DNA from: Camelus ferus
Taxonomy: Eukaryota
Assembly: GCF_009834535.1 (NCBI RefSeq)
Contig: NC_045697.1
Span: 16,122,001 to 16,186,000, forward strand
DNA: 64,000 nucleotides
Direction: 5' to 3'
Shown: positions 1 to 13,554 of the stretch, piece after piece
How positions within the stretch are numbered: the first letter of the stretch is position 1
Layout: every line of letters begins with the position of its first letter
Notes under the pieces: model-generated
Told to the model about the DNA's origin: nothing
What the model saw: the letters and a program-made list of their open reading frames with translations, nothing else
Database searches by the model: none
Program-made: the position numbers and the translations under genes

Positions 1-1884
1 TACGCTTCATTTTTCATTTTATTGGAACATGATTTAACAGTGGGAAAACCTAGAGATGAAAAGGAGGGACGAGAGCAGGGACAGTAAGCAGAAGAGAGAC
101 AGTTATTTTCTCTCTCCCTTTTCTTGCCCCTCTAGAGTGATGGAGACCATTAGAATGATGATCTGCAGGGGATGCACCTTAAACTAATTTAAGTAAAGCA
201 AAAATAAATACATGAAGCCCAGAGGCAAACATCAACTTATAAGGCAAACATCTCTATAAGAATTGTGCTAGGTTTCTGTTGATATAAGGTATTACTGAGA
301 AAAAAAGCAAAAACAAAAAGTTTGTGAGAAGTGTATGGAAATGTATCTGAAGCACAAATTTTGTCTTGGCATGGAAACCAAATAATGGGTAACTGTGGCC
401 AGTTAACCTTTCTCTGGCTCAGTCACTGTATTTTTTAAAAGGCAATAATAAAATCTTTCTTTACCACCTCTCTTAGGATAAGCAGGTTTCTTGGATACCT
501 GATGATACATAAATCACATTTCTTTTTTTTTTTATTATCATTATCTCTAGGAATAGAAAGAGTAATGAATTGCAGGGGTTGTCATGATCTTATTAAATAT
601 GGTAAGATATTATTAGGTTATAAACAATAGAATTGGGACTGTTTATAATATGGCTTTGAAAGATTAGACCTGAAGAATGAAAAAAAGGTATAGAGCTGCA
701 AATTTAGCAAAGGCCGTGAACAGAAGATTAGAAAGGAAAGCCAATCCCACATCAGTGCTGGGTGGAGGATATTGATGGGTCATAAGGCAGGTAAGCCAGC
801 CTGATATAGGCTGGGTCAGCACAGTTAGGGGCTTGAAGGTAGGAGGATAAAATGGGTAGTGAGATGAGCAAACTGAGTTTGCAATGAGAGCATACTTTGG
901 GGATGGCAAGTGGACCAGCTAAAGACAAAAGAGCTGTCCAAGCACAAAGAACAGGTAAAGGGGTATAAAGGAAGCCAAAGCCATGTCCCAACCCTGGATG
1001 AGAGCCACTCATTTTCCTCCAGTCTTCACAAGGTAATAATGTTGCTTACATAGTGGGCACTCAGATTTTTGCTGGATTCAACAACAGAGAATGATATTAC
1101 ATTTTTAAAAGAGAAAGGACACATTAATGGTTGCTATGAGTTGGACTTACCCACTTTATAAAATTACTTGCGCCTCAGACAAAATGATCCCTCTCCACAC
1201 TTCTTTCTCTGAATTACTCTCAAAGGCTGAGCGCAGAGCAAGAAACAGTTTTTATCTCCAAGAATCACTTTCACAAACTGAAATGTCTCTTGAATTTGGA
1301 CATTTCCAGCCAGAGCTTTGGCTCTCATCAGCTTTTAACTGTCTTCTATTGCCATGGCCTCCGAACAGCTGCCCTTGCTTCATCAGTTGTCCAGGGTTAT
1401 CTTACAAGAAAGTGTAACTAACTGATCATGTCATTTTCTTGTTGAGAAACCTTCACTGTTCCTTTTCTCCTGAGTTGTTCTTTGTTTGGCCTTAATCCTT
1501 CTCCAGGCCCTCTTTTTCCCTTCCAGCATGCAAACCTGACCCTCCAGTCCCAACTAATGTTTTCCCAATGCCCCCAAATGTAAGACTGTGTCTTTGAAGA
1601 TGTATGTGTTTTATCTCCCTTTCTCACATCAACTCTTAATCATATTTTGAACTTCACATCTTCAAAGAAGCCCTTTCTGTGTATGACAGCCTTCCCCCCT
1701 TGGTGCATCCCGGTGATTCTGGGACTTCCATAGGCCCTTTCTTTTGGAGTCCCTGTCCCACATTACAGTAAACACATAAAAATGCACCCAAATCCTACAT
1801 TCAAAATAATATATTTTGCCAGTGAAAATTTTTCTGAGGGTACTTTTATAAGTTTAACAATGAAAGTTAAATTATGATGAATTT

Positions 1885-2020
1885 TTTAAAATTGAGGTAT
1901 AGTTGATTTACAATGTTGTGTTAGTTTCTGGTGGACAGTATAGTGATTCAGTTGCACATATAATGTATATGTCCTTTTTCATCTTCTTTTCCCTTATAAG
2001 TTATTACAAGTTATTGAAAT
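1885..2020 (-). mobile_element. Young L1 3'-end fragment (cetartiodactyl/camelid type)
   Basis: aattgaggtatagttgatttacaatgttgtgttagtttctgg...gttattacaag; closely similar copies at 21481, 38926 and 49774. Confidence 0.85.
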
Positions 2021-4189
2021 GGGCTTCAAAATTATTTGCCTACACATATGTCATTTAATTAAATGAGCTACAATTTCTTGGCGGTCCTTGTGCATGCTCA
2101 GAAATTTTCGTAAACCAAAGAAATCTAAATAAAGATAGATGTCAAGTGCAATGAAAAGTTTATGAACGCTGAGTATCAACATGAATGAGGTTGACATCAT
2201 ATGACGTTTATACACATCTATTGAAACCACTGTGAATTCTGACCTGGCAGTTTTGATTACATTTTTTAGACCAGCGTTTGGTTCAAGACTCAATATTTTC
2301 CTGGTCTTTGAAAAGTTCATGGGTCTGAGTCACTGTGTGTGTATTTGCCTAATGAGTAGAGCTTCCTAGGTCGTGTTGCTTGTTACTGTGTGACATTTCC
2401 TGTCTATTCTGTTAGTTGTGCTCCTCAGTGCGTGGTACTATCACCAGCATCAGTAACTGACACATAGTAGTTGTTGAATATATTTACACATATGCTAATA
2501 GATACAGATGACAGAGGTAGACACATACACAGACATGTGACATATGGTATATGACAAATGACATAGACGTGACACATGGCTGAAGCCAGTTGGTCTAGTC
2601 TTTTGCTGTCTATCGGGACTCAAGGGGTCTTGATGTTCAGTCCCAGCTTTGTAATCTATGAATCCTGTTTTTTCTTCTCCCTCAAGAATTCTTCGTTTGC
2701 TTCTCGTGTTATATGTATCATTTGCACTAGGTCAGCTGAGATTGCTTTTGATCAGTCAGTTGGTGCTTTAAAATGGGGCAGTGAACTCTATATATTTGAG
2801 TGGATTATGTTCTTCTTACATGTTAGTCCTTTAAGAATTGCATGAGAAGGCATGCTTTGGTATGTCCTACTTGATAATGATGTGTTTTTTCACGTCTGTC
2901 TTCATATACTGCAAACATTTCCAGGAAATTCTTCTTTAGGCACCACATGAGACTGATAGCCAGCACATGCATTCTGAGATTCACTTACCTTATTGCAATG
3001 TGATTCTCTTATCATCCTGTAATCTTTTAGAGCCTAGTGAAGTGTCAAAGCTTTTACCACTAGCTGATTAGCTTGCATTGCTACCTTATATGGAGTTACA
3101 TGAATATTTGTCAAATGTTCCCTGCTAATTATTGGTGAAGTCTAAATGACAGTTCATACTTTGACATCATGCTTGACAGTGAAAAGTAATTGCAAATCAT
3201 CTGACATAGAGACTAACTGAGGTACTATTTGATATTTTTCCTATAATTTAAATATGATGTCTATGCTTTTTATGTGCTCAACTTGTATCTTTGTCTACTA
3301 ACATGCAATGGATATTGCTTTACAAGCTTGACTTTCTCTTAACTGAGCCAGGATAAACATTATTTGAAATTGTATACTAACCCCATTTTTACCTGAACAA
3401 ATTAGGTAAAAATTTGAAGGAAGTAGAGAATCCACTATAGATCTCAGTATGTTTTTAGAACAGATTGTGGGCAGCTGGGTTATAATTCCCATTAACAATA
3501 CTGGGATTTAAACATCTATAAATGGTGATAAAATGATGTTCAGGCTTGCCCAGAGTATATTATTTAAGAGTTAGCAAGCAGGGCTGTTCATTTCCCAGCA
3601 AGTTAGCCAATTATGGATGGGCTTTGGCATGTTATTGACTGCTGCATTGCACTTATCAGAACACTCATATCCATTAAGTACAAAAAACAAGGATGAAATA
3701 ACATTATGGTTCTGACACAAATGAACAAAAGAAATTTGAGATCAAAGTCAATGATCTGTCCTTTTACGATTTGCTGGCATAGGCAGAGGAAGTGAATAAG
3801 GTAGCTTAAATTGAAGGCAGAATTTCTATTTTGACTTAGTGTTTCTGCCATGAATTACGGTTCCTTTCAAGGGGAAAATTGAGGCATAAATGCCATAGTT
3901 TCATTTTAAAGAGGCTCTAGACAGTTCCCCATAGGAAATAATGGGTATAGGGGTGTAGACTATAAGATCCATGAGGTCAGGGGTTGAGTCTGGCTTAGAC
4001 ACTACTGTGTTCCCAGCCCCTAGTCAGAGTAGACACTCCATAAGTATTAGTGGGTTTACAAATAGTTCTACAAAGATATACTTAGGCACAACTCACTACT
4101 CATCTATTTCAGCATGCAATGCTCAGCATTAAGGGCTAGATATAGAAGATGGAGAAGTGTATCTTATTTTAAAAATAAGATTTATTTCT

Positions 4190-5200
4190 AGCTTCCAATC
4201 TAGTAAAGTAGGTAGTCAGGAACCAAACAAGTAGTAATCAAAAACTGTGTGATTACAAATTGTGAGAAATGTACTGCAGGAAAAGAATTGGAGCTTTGAA
4301 GGGTTACTACAAGGGACCCTCATCTTCACTGAGGAATCAGAGACTTCTCTGATGAAGTGCCATGTCAGCTCAGACCTGAAGGATGACTAGGAGTTCACTC
4401 ATTGCATGGTAGAGGCTAGAATGTTTCCAGCATAGGGAAAAGCCTGTGCAAATGTCCTGAGGTTGGAAAGAGCGTGGCATGTTCAAGAAATTTAAGGGAG
4501 CAACCCAGTGTGTCTGGAGAATACTGAGAGGGAGGGTGGCATGAGGAGAGGATGGAGGGGCATGAGGAACTTGTGTGTCATGCAAAGTTTTGGAACTGAT
4601 GCCAAGGTTTCTGATCAAATATTGAATGGCTTTATGTACATGCCTAGGAATACTATGACCTACTATGGATTTGATAAATAGCTGTCAGCTTTGTGGACAG
4701 TGGAATAGAAGAGCAGAAAAGAAGTATCACTTTGGAGGCAACTGCAGTACCCTGAGAAGGAGATGATGGTGGCTTGGACTAAGAAGGTGATCTTGGAGGG
4801 AGAGATAAGCAGACATACTTGATTTATAATTAGAAGATAGAGTCAATAAAACCTGCTGATGTTGGTAAAGAAATGTTGAAAGAGAAGAAGCCACTGATTT
4901 ATGATGCGATCATTTGGGAAAATGCAAGTCAGTTTCAGTGGATGAGAAGCATATGTTTGTGGGACAAATGCAAAGTTTGAGATGCTTGTGAGTTGGTTTT
5001 CCAAGTGTAAGGTAAAGTAGGCCATTGGAGGTTAGAAGAAAAGTCTAGGCTGAAGATATAAATTTGGAAGTAGCAATATTTAGAGGCATTTAGAATCATA
5101 TGATTGGTACAGTTCCTTAGAGAGGCAGTAGCATGGAAAGATAAGGCATCTCAGGATTGAGTCCTGACATTACTCAGGCAAGCATAGGAAGAGGAGCTAG
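4190..5200 (-). mobile_element. L2 LINE fragment
   Basis: Purine-rich L2 3' region (agacctgaaggatga, gagatgatggtggcttggacta, ggctgaagatataaatttgg). Confidence 0.8.
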
Positions 5201-5744
5201 AAAATGCAGATGATTGCTGCAAAATATTTACACATTCATAGACAATGTGGACCACAGGCACTTCAATTCAATGACTCTTTACCTGAGGCTCATAATATCC
5301 AGGGAGTGTGTCTGTGAATAGGCATCAGGCAGTCTTAACCATGTGACAATTCCATGAGAAATTCTCTAAATTTGTACACGGATACTTTTCTGAAACTACT
5401 ATTAATCCACAAAAGCTGTCTAGCTTTCTATTCACTAGATTCCTTGACTTCATTTATTTCCCAAATCTTACTTCTTTAAAATTTTCACCCTTCAGAAAAG
5501 AAGTTCTAAATATTATATATTCCTGTCTAAAAAGATAATTTATGAAACACACTTGTGAATAAACACACATATTCTTATGCTGAGTGATGGATTGGTGATT
5601 TATTAGGGAAAGCACCCAAGCCCCAGGACTTCTGCTTTTAAGAAAAATTACTCAACTATACAACACGTAATTTTACAAACACAATTTTTAAAAACTCCCA
5701 GCACCATAATTCCATCATGGTTTGTAGCATACCACAGTCTATTA

Positions 5745-5810
5745 TATATATACAATATAAATATATAATGTAAATATAAATTAGATATATAAATATTATA
5801 TATATATATA
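5745..5810. repeat. Imperfect (TA)n / AT-rich tract
   Basis: Directly visible. Confidence 0.85.
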
Positions 5811-6669
5811 GCATCATTGCATTTTTCTCTGCAGAATATTCTAAATGCTACTGTACTTCACCAAGCTACAGTCAATATGCCAAATTTCACAATTCCCGTG
5901 GACCATGATAATGTGCTAGATTTGCTTTAAAACAATGCCTACAAACATGATAAAACAACTTTGACATTCAGTACAACAATATTGAATTCCTTAATATGGC
6001 TGTCATGCTTCTATTAAAAGTTTTGAATGAATTAAGAGATAAGTCAGTCCTCTCCAGGCACAGAATGACTCAAGGAAAAAGAGACTAAGCATGTGGTCCC
6101 GTGGAATTCTGTTTTGCTCGCTTAAGAGAGAGGAAAACCTGGAAGAGAACTGAGGGGGGCTATTGGCATATGAAGATGACTAGAGTCAAACACCAAGTAA
6201 ACAAAATAGACACTAGCAATAAATTTCAGAAAACTGAACTATTGAAAAAAAAAAGTGCTGAAAGCCAGGATGCAGGCTTTGAACATATTATTACTGTTCG
6301 AAACATAAAATGGCCTTTCAGTTCCCACTTCCCTACCGGGCTGAGAGGGTTGAGGGTACATTCTTATTGAGACACTGACCGACTGAGGAGGACAATGAAA
6401 CAGGAAGTCCCTCCCAGACGCTTTGGACCAGCACTTCTGCGTGCTTCCAGGTCCTCCCCTTTCTAAAGAGAAGTGATTTTTGCTTTTGCCATCCCTATTT
6501 CTGATGAAATAAACATCAGGTCGATAGTGAACAATCTGGTTTTTTGTTTTTGTTTTTTTTTTTTTTTTCCTTTTTTGTTTTGTTTTGTTTTAAGTTTACA
6601 GGACTCTGATTTAAGTGAAGCCCCACCCATGCATTTTGCAGACCAGGAGATCCAAGAATTACCCCAATG

Positions 6670-7132
6670 CTGTGACTGAGTGAGACCTTAGAGTGCATTC
6701 ATAGAACGGTGTGAGTAGATGCAATAGATTGACTATTTGCCCCTCCCTTCCCTATACAGTGGTTATACATACTCATCCTCAGCCACTGCCCTTTATGTGG
6801 GAAAGGGCACTGCTTTCCCCACCGATGTTGGAAGTGGCCACGTGGTGCGCTTTGGCCAGCTGATGTGGGTTGGCTTGATTGAGGCCTCACGCCAGCAGAG
6901 GCTTTAGAGTTACTCGGAGTTTCCTCCAACTCTCCTGCTCTTTTCCCTTTGTCATTAGGAACGGTGTCCCGGCAAGAGGCTGTTCACCTGAACCATGGAA
7001 TTAGAAGACTTATGCCATAGAGACACAGTAGCTGACCTGCAGCCACCAGCATGTGAAGCGGGTGAGAACTAAATCTTTCTGTAAGCTGCTGAAGTTTTGG
7101 TGAGTTATGTCAGTCACTAAGGCTGACCAATG
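6670..7132 (+). mobile_element. Old MaLR (MLT1-type) solo LTR
   Basis: MLT1-like 3' end taagctgctgaagttttgg...gctgaccaat. Confidence 0.6.
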
Positions 7133-8583
7133 GAAATGGGTTATTCTTCGGGTCCCAGGAGGTAGAGTAAAATTTTTTAGTCTGAAAACCACTACTTGAA
7201 TTTTAAATAATCAGGAAAGGAAAATTTTCCCTATGGCATAGACGCCTTCTTCTCCTCTATGGTATTCCAATCTTGCTCTGTTTTCATATAAGAGGTTTTA
7301 TTTATTTCAGTTTTGATCCTTTTGGGAGACGTATCCTCCCCAGATTCTTATATAAGCTGTCTTATTTCCTCTGGCATCATTTGCTTGTTTTTCATTGTTA
7401 CATGGAAGAAATAGTTGGAGGATTTTGACCCGGTTTTAAATCTATTTCTGCTCCTTGCCCGCAGCATGACAGCTGGGCCGTCAGAGGGCGAGACTGAGCT
7501 CGTGGTAAGGACAGTATCACAGCAAAACATGATCAATACTGTGGTTACTATTTTTCTCTCTCTAGGGACAACTTTGTATACTTCGTAATCCTGGTGAAAC
7601 TGCAAGCATGTTCCAAACTCTCTACTGTTCAACCATCAGTTTCCCTGTAGATATTACCTAAAGAAAATTTCAAAACCATTTGTTCCTGGTATAACCTTTT
7701 AAAAGTATCCCTCTTCACCTCTATTCTCGGTATCTGGTCTCCGTTGTTTTCTTCAGTCCAGTCTCATTATAAGAAATCACGTGGTGGTGGTTCCTAGCTG
7801 TTTGGGTTTGACTCTTAAATTTGAAGTCCTTTTATTTGTACCCAGTGAAGGGTAAATCGTAGTCTATTGAGTTCCTGTATGTCCATGTTTCTTTCCCTTT
7901 TCCTCCCTGCTTTATTAGATCTGGAGACTTCATAACTCATACGTGTCAGTACTCCCTGGCGGCTTTTGGTGAGATGCCCAGTGTTTCTGCATCAGCACCT
8001 CTTTCCAGTGAGACAGTGCAAAGAAGCACTGGTGGGGGAAGAGGGAGACATGAAGCCTCTAGTTTCTCAGCAGGATTGCTGCTTTTAATTCTGAAACTGC
8101 TAACTCTGCTTCTCTCAAGTCTTTTTTTCAGCCCATTTTCTCCTCTGTACAATGTATGAGTCTCATGAATTTATGAGACTGCAAATAAATTTTTGGAAAA
8201 ATTCACTTAAAAATGTAACATATGTATATGAAGGTTTTATTTTGATTTCAGTTAATGACAGATTTTCTTCTTCAGAGATTTTTTTTTCCACCCTTAATGG
8301 GCAAATCATATGATTTTTTCTTTCTTGGGCCTATCTAAGAAGGACTTGAATTATATATTCATTTAACTTATGCGAATTCAGCTATTCTCATTCAGCAAGA
8401 ATAGACACAAAGAAAGAGAGATGACACACAGATGAGACAGAGATGGATAAATTCGCTTCATCAACAGAAGCAACAGTGATGTATTTAGAGCTTGAATGTT
8501 GCACTTGCTGAGAGATGATATGTCAACAACATCCTAAAGGAATTTCAGGGGTAGTTTTTAGCTTCATGAGATTTTTAAACTGC

Positions 8584-8922
8584 TGTCTTAGTCTGTTTGG
8601 GCTGTAGCAAAATACCACAGACTGAGTAGCTTATAATTTATTTCTCACAGTTTTGGAAGTTGGAAGTTTAAAATCAGGGTGGCCAGCATGGTCGGGTCAG
8701 GGTCCTCTGCCCAGTTACACACCTCTTATAACCTCACAGGTCTTAATGGGCAAGGAAACCCTGTGGGGGGTCTCTTTATAAGGGCACTAATCCCATTCAT
8801 GGGGGCTCCACCCTCACGACCTAAATGACCTCTCAAAGGCTCCACCTACAATACCATCACGTTTGGTGGCTAGGATTTCAACATTTGAATTTTGAGGGGA
8901 CACAGACACTCAGACCATAGCA
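8584..8922 (-). mobile_element. MaLR MLT1A/B-type solo LTR
   Basis: tgtcttagtctgtttgggctg...cagaccatagca, TG..CA ends, 5-bp TSD actgc/cctgc. Confidence 0.9.
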
Positions 8923-9199
8923 CCTGCTCAGGATAGCTGTCAACTCTGTATAGGATGCAGGTACTCTGCACTTCATTTGGCACCTGTAGAACCTTGGGCA
9001 AGTATATGTCTTCTGTTTCTCCACTCAGGCTGCTCATAATGTGTTTTGCAAGTTCATTTATTGAATGCCTACAAGGTACCATGCACTTTACATATGTGCA
9101 TACATCACTGCCTGTCTTGTAATATAAATTTTATTTATTCCATTCCCCTCTAATGAAATGGAAACTTAAAGATATTTACTAACTTGCCCAGTGCCACAT

Positions 9200-9960
9200 G
9201 GAGCAAAATTCTTGCTGAAGTGGCTTATTTCAAACTCACATATAATCATTTTCAGGTTCAGCAGGATAAAGTACAAGATTTTTTAGTATGGCCTACAGGA
9301 ATCTTCACCATCTCCCACTCCCTGCATCTGCACCCTCATCACCTCCTCCTGTTACATCGCTCATATGCCTACTGCTGAGAAATACCCGTCTTCTTTCCCC
9401 ATGCAGTGCTGCCCCGTTCTGTCTGCAGGACATGCCTCACTATGCATGCTAACTGCCACACATCCTTTAGGGTTTAAGACACCATGGACACAGAGTGATT
9501 AAGAACACAGCCCACAGCTCTGTCACCTTCTTGTTATGTGCCTTTGAGCAAGTTATTCAATTTCCCCATGCCTCAGCTTCCCTATTTGTAAAACAGTGAT
9601 AAAAGCACATTACAGGATTGTTGGGAGGATTAAATGAATTAAGATATGCAAGTACCTGGAACAGTACCTGGCATAGGGTGAAGCATGATGCTAGTGTTTG
9701 TTCTTATTAGATTTGCCTCAGATACCACCTCCTCCAGGGAGCTTTCCTTGACTCCCACTCTTCTCTCAATCTTACTGGATTTGGCGCTTCTTTTATAATC
9801 ATCTAAATATTAACTTGTTTTAGAATTATCTGTTTAGATGTCTGTCTCTACCACTATATTGAGTTTCTTGAGATCAGGGAACAACTTATTTTTGAACAGC
9901 CAGCATATAGCATATTAACTGATACATAATAGATATTAAAAATGATTGACAAATAAGTAA
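9200..9960 (+). mobile_element. L2 3' fragment with nested MIR (~9490-9710)
   Basis: L2 motif cctcctccagggagctttcc; MIR core gcctcagcttccctatttgtaaaa...ggattaaatga. Confidence 0.75.
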
Positions 9961-9994
9961 TAATTTATATTCATCTTATTCTTATTAAAACTAA

Positions 9995-10200
9995 CCTTTA
10001 TGGGCTACCTACTATGTGTTAGGCACTATTTTAAGCACTTTGCACACATTCTTTAATTTAAGCTTTCTAAACAAATCCCGCGCAGGTAGGTATTACAATT
10101 AACTCCATTTTACAGAAGAGAATAGAGTCATTAAATCATATGCACAGGGTGTCAATCATTAGCATCTATGGGAATAAGAATTTAAACCAAACCATCAGAT
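9995..10200 (-). mobile_element. MIR SINE
   Basis: ctactatgtgttaggcact...ccattttacaga reverse MIR core. Confidence 0.75.
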
Positions 10201-11256
10201 CCAATTCACATTATTAGATGTTTTTAGTGGCTGCTTTCAAATGAGTTTAAAGGGGGAAGGGAGGGAAGGAGGGAAACATGAGGGAAAAGAAGAAGAGAAC
10301 TGGAAACCCATAGTCTTGGCTGATATCATCTGAGTCTTTATGGAATTGCCTTCACTGAGTTATGGATTTATGTTAGATTCTTGGCTTTTCACAAAAGTGA
10401 TTATAGAAAATAACCATGTGGAATTCTCCTCTTGCCATGAAAATTTATTTGTGATTATTGCTTATTATATCATTTAATTCTTCTGCATAATATCCCACAT
10501 AAGAAAAATAATTTCTGAGTTTGTTTCCAGTAAAACCTTAGTGTCTCTTGAGGCTCTAGCATGTTTCATTCTATCTGACCATTAACATTATGTAACTAGC
10601 TTCGCTTTGGCTGCTGGGAAACTTGGAGCCAGACTTTAGGCTTGGCCACAGAAATTATCCTGACCTTCTGATTGGAATGGTTTGTTTTTCTCCTCTGACC
10701 ATCTTTCCATCTTGAACTTTTATTCCTATATAATTGATTGCATTATACTTGTCTCTTCTGGTGGCTGGCTATTATTACTTTATAGAAAAAGGCAGACGTA
10801 GTGCAATTAAATATGTTGAGGTTAAATATCTGCATTAGATGACAACTCCCACTCTGTCATCTGTGGCTTGACGTCATGTAGAACATTGCACACTAGTATC
10901 CAATATACTTTTTGTCCATCTTAAAAATAATTGGATGCTAACAGTCTTTTGTAGAGCAGGTTCAGAGAGTTTCAGGACTTTGCCCCAAATCACAAAACTA
11001 ATTAATAAGTTGCAGAGTCCAGGGACAAATCAAGAACTTTCAACTCTATGTTACTGCCTTGATGGCCATTATTTCTAGTCTCCTGAGGGCCATCTCAAAT
11101 TAGGGGACTGTGCCTCCCACAACACATTAAAAGATCACTGTTAGAAATGGGGTGCTAAGTTTGATAGAACAGTATTGAGACTTAGTATTGTGATATTTGA
11201 TCCCTTATGCAATCTAAATAGCTTAGTTAACTTATTTAAATCCTACTTTTAGCTTT

Positions 11257-11358
11257 TTAAAAATTATTTTTATATTGAGGTATGATTGACCTATAACATT
11301 CTGTAAGTTTGAAGGGTACCAATTTTGGTTTGATACATTTATATATTGCGATATGATT
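11257..11358 (-). mobile_element. Short L1 3'-end insertion with TSD
   Basis: tattgaggtatgattgac...; flanked by ctacttttagcttt (11243-11256) and ctactttcagcttt (11359-11372). Confidence 0.8.
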
Positions 11359-11827
11359 CTACTTTCAGCTTTCAAAAATAGATTTCTTCCATCACAAAAG
11401 TTATAAATAACTGCTATAGAAAATGTTAAAATCCAGTAAATTAGAAAGAAGAGAGAAAAAAATTACTTTTCAGAGTAAACCACTGTTAACATTTAACATT
11501 TTAATTTTTTTCCTATGTGTAATTATTTTTTAAACTTTTCATGGTTGTGAACATACTATTTTTCTACTCTAATTTCTTCCATAAGGTACCATAGATATTT
11601 CTCCATGTTATTATCAGCACTTTACAATAGAATTTTAAATAGCTACAGACTAATTAGAAAAGTAACTCATGATAATTCCCTTAACCTTCTCTCTCTTGTT
11701 GAGCGTTGAGCTTGTCTTTAATATTATTCATAATGTTGCAATAACTGTCTTGGTGCGTGTAACCCTTTTGTATTCAACTTACTGCTTTAGGTCAAATTAG
11801 CAAAGATCTAATTACTTAACCCAAAGT

Positions 11828-12045
11828 TAGGTAGTGTAATATGGTGGACAAAGCATGGGCTTTGTGCTAGAGAGACTTGGATTGGAATCCTGTTTCTGCT
11901 TCTTACTGGCTCTGAGGCTTGGACAAATGACTTAACTCACAGATCCTTTGGGTTTTTGTTTATAGAATGGGAATGCTCATATCTGCTTCACAGTGTTCTT
12001 TAGTGTTACATGAAATAGTGTATATAGAGCTCTTCAGTAGCATTT
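11828..12045 (+). mobile_element. MIR SINE
   Basis: tRNA-like head (gcatgggctttg...ggattggaatcc) followed by core. Confidence 0.75.
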
Positions 12046-12959
12046 AAGGTTTTGATGCCTACTATTGCATTATTCTCCAGATGGTTGCTCCAAGCCACAT
12101 TCTCACAAGTAATGTGTGAAAAAAATTCCCATTTCAAGACACCCTTCCTAATATTTTTTCTTTATAATGATTTGATAGGAGGAGTGTCTTGTTATTTTTC
12201 CAGTCCTACTGCTTTGCTTCTCAGGGAGCATGAGTATATTCTCTAGATGGTTACCGTGTTGATTGGGGTTGCTTACTGACTTAGGATAATTTTTTTCTTT
12301 TTCAGAAAAGACATTTTATGTTTGAAAGTGTTATTGCTCCTAGTTTACCTTTTCTTTTATCGTGAAATTTAAAATGCCTATTCCTTAACATACTCTAGTT
12401 TTTCTTCATGTCTTTCCATAAAGCCTTGTGCGTACAGGATAACTCAAAGAGCTGGTTCTTTCCCACACATGAGACATTTCAAGCCTATGCTTGGTTGATT
12501 ATTGGTGGGATTATCGGTGGGATCTGATGAAATATTACCTGCATGGCTCCAATCTTAATGGCTTACTAAGAGTCATTTACTATTTGCAAGAAATTCTGTC
12601 TAATACTTTGTGTCTATAGGTATGATTTTTTGTCATGTTTATTTTGGTTTAGCAAGCATTTATTGAATGTATACTATTTACCAGCCATTGTGTTACCCTC
12701 TAGTTAGTAGTTCCATGGATCCTAAACACTGAGGATAGAAACCAATGTGATCTGTGCACTTGGGCAGGAAAAATAAATCTATCTTTTCCCCACGAATCTC
12801 TTAACTGGCTAATTACTAATTCTCTCAGCTGCAAATGGAAAGCAACAAATTCTAGCAATTATAGCAGTATCTGTGATTTTTGTCACCATTAGGTATTACA
12901 AATATTTTATTACCAAATTACAGTAATTGTTGATATCTAGAAATGTTTTCTTTGTTTCC

Positions 12960-13152
12960 GTGGTTAAACTTTGAACAATGCAAGGGGTTAATATGAACAT
13001 AATTTACAGTCGATGCTCTCCATCTGTGGTTTCTCTGCATCCAAGGATTCAACCAACCATGGACTGTGTAGCATTGTAGTATTTTTGTACTTACTTTTGA
13101 GAAAATCTGTGTGTAAGGGAAACTGCACATTTCAAACCTACAAATTAACTGT
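12960..13152. mobile_element. Tigger-family MITE (MER8-like) inside an older hAT-like remnant
   Basis: ctttgaacaa...gcatccaaggattcaaccaacc...aactgta. Confidence 0.6.
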
Positions 13153-13554
13153 ATTTCAAAAATATGTTAGTTATTTGATTTACTGTTAGATTTTATTTTG
13201 TGATGTATTGCTAAAAAAAGAACATACATTACTATATCAAAGATTTTTCTTTAACTATTTCTAAGACTGGTTAATATATAAACATGCAAATGTTGCCATA
13301 ATTCTTTTCACTTGTAGTCCTATGAATTTTATTTATGCATTTGAAAACTTTATTCTGAGAATATGATTTTCCACAGGTTTCATCAGTTTGACAAAAGCAT
13401 GGCACAGAAATGGTCAAAAAAATCCTGATTTGGTGAATAAAATATTTATAAAGTCATCATAACTTAAATTCTTTGGATTTTCCACATGCCTTTTATACCT
13501 AATACAGATTTTCTTTTGGGGAGTAGTGCTTCTTGGATATCCTTTATTCTTTGT

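Larger units (their letters stand above)
1150..8180 (-). mobile_element. Fragmented ancient CR1/L3-like LINE fossil (endonuclease to RT), interrupted by younger repeats
   Basis: Minus-strand translations with stops and frameshifts follow ORF2 order. ~7850-7200: HVISYNETG / PRIE..TFKR / TVESL / AIG-KFSFPD (cf. IGITETW, VESLW, MGDFNYPD). ~5940-5700: HIDCSLVKY, WEFLK (cf. SDH). ~3340-3160: TKIQVE, NYFS. ~2900-2580: LSPD (cf. PGPD). ~2150-2120: ALDIYLYLDF (cf. VDxIYLDF). 1400-1150: NRRQ..SGWK..KLFL..VWR. Confidence 0.6.

Noticed and set aside
8160..8180. Short hairpin agtctcat-gaattt-atgagact
   Set aside because: An 8-bp stem is too short for a pre-miRNA and is expected by chance.
10869..10876. 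Full CRE palindrome TGACGTCA
   Set aside because: A single 8-mer with no supporting context; compatible with chance.
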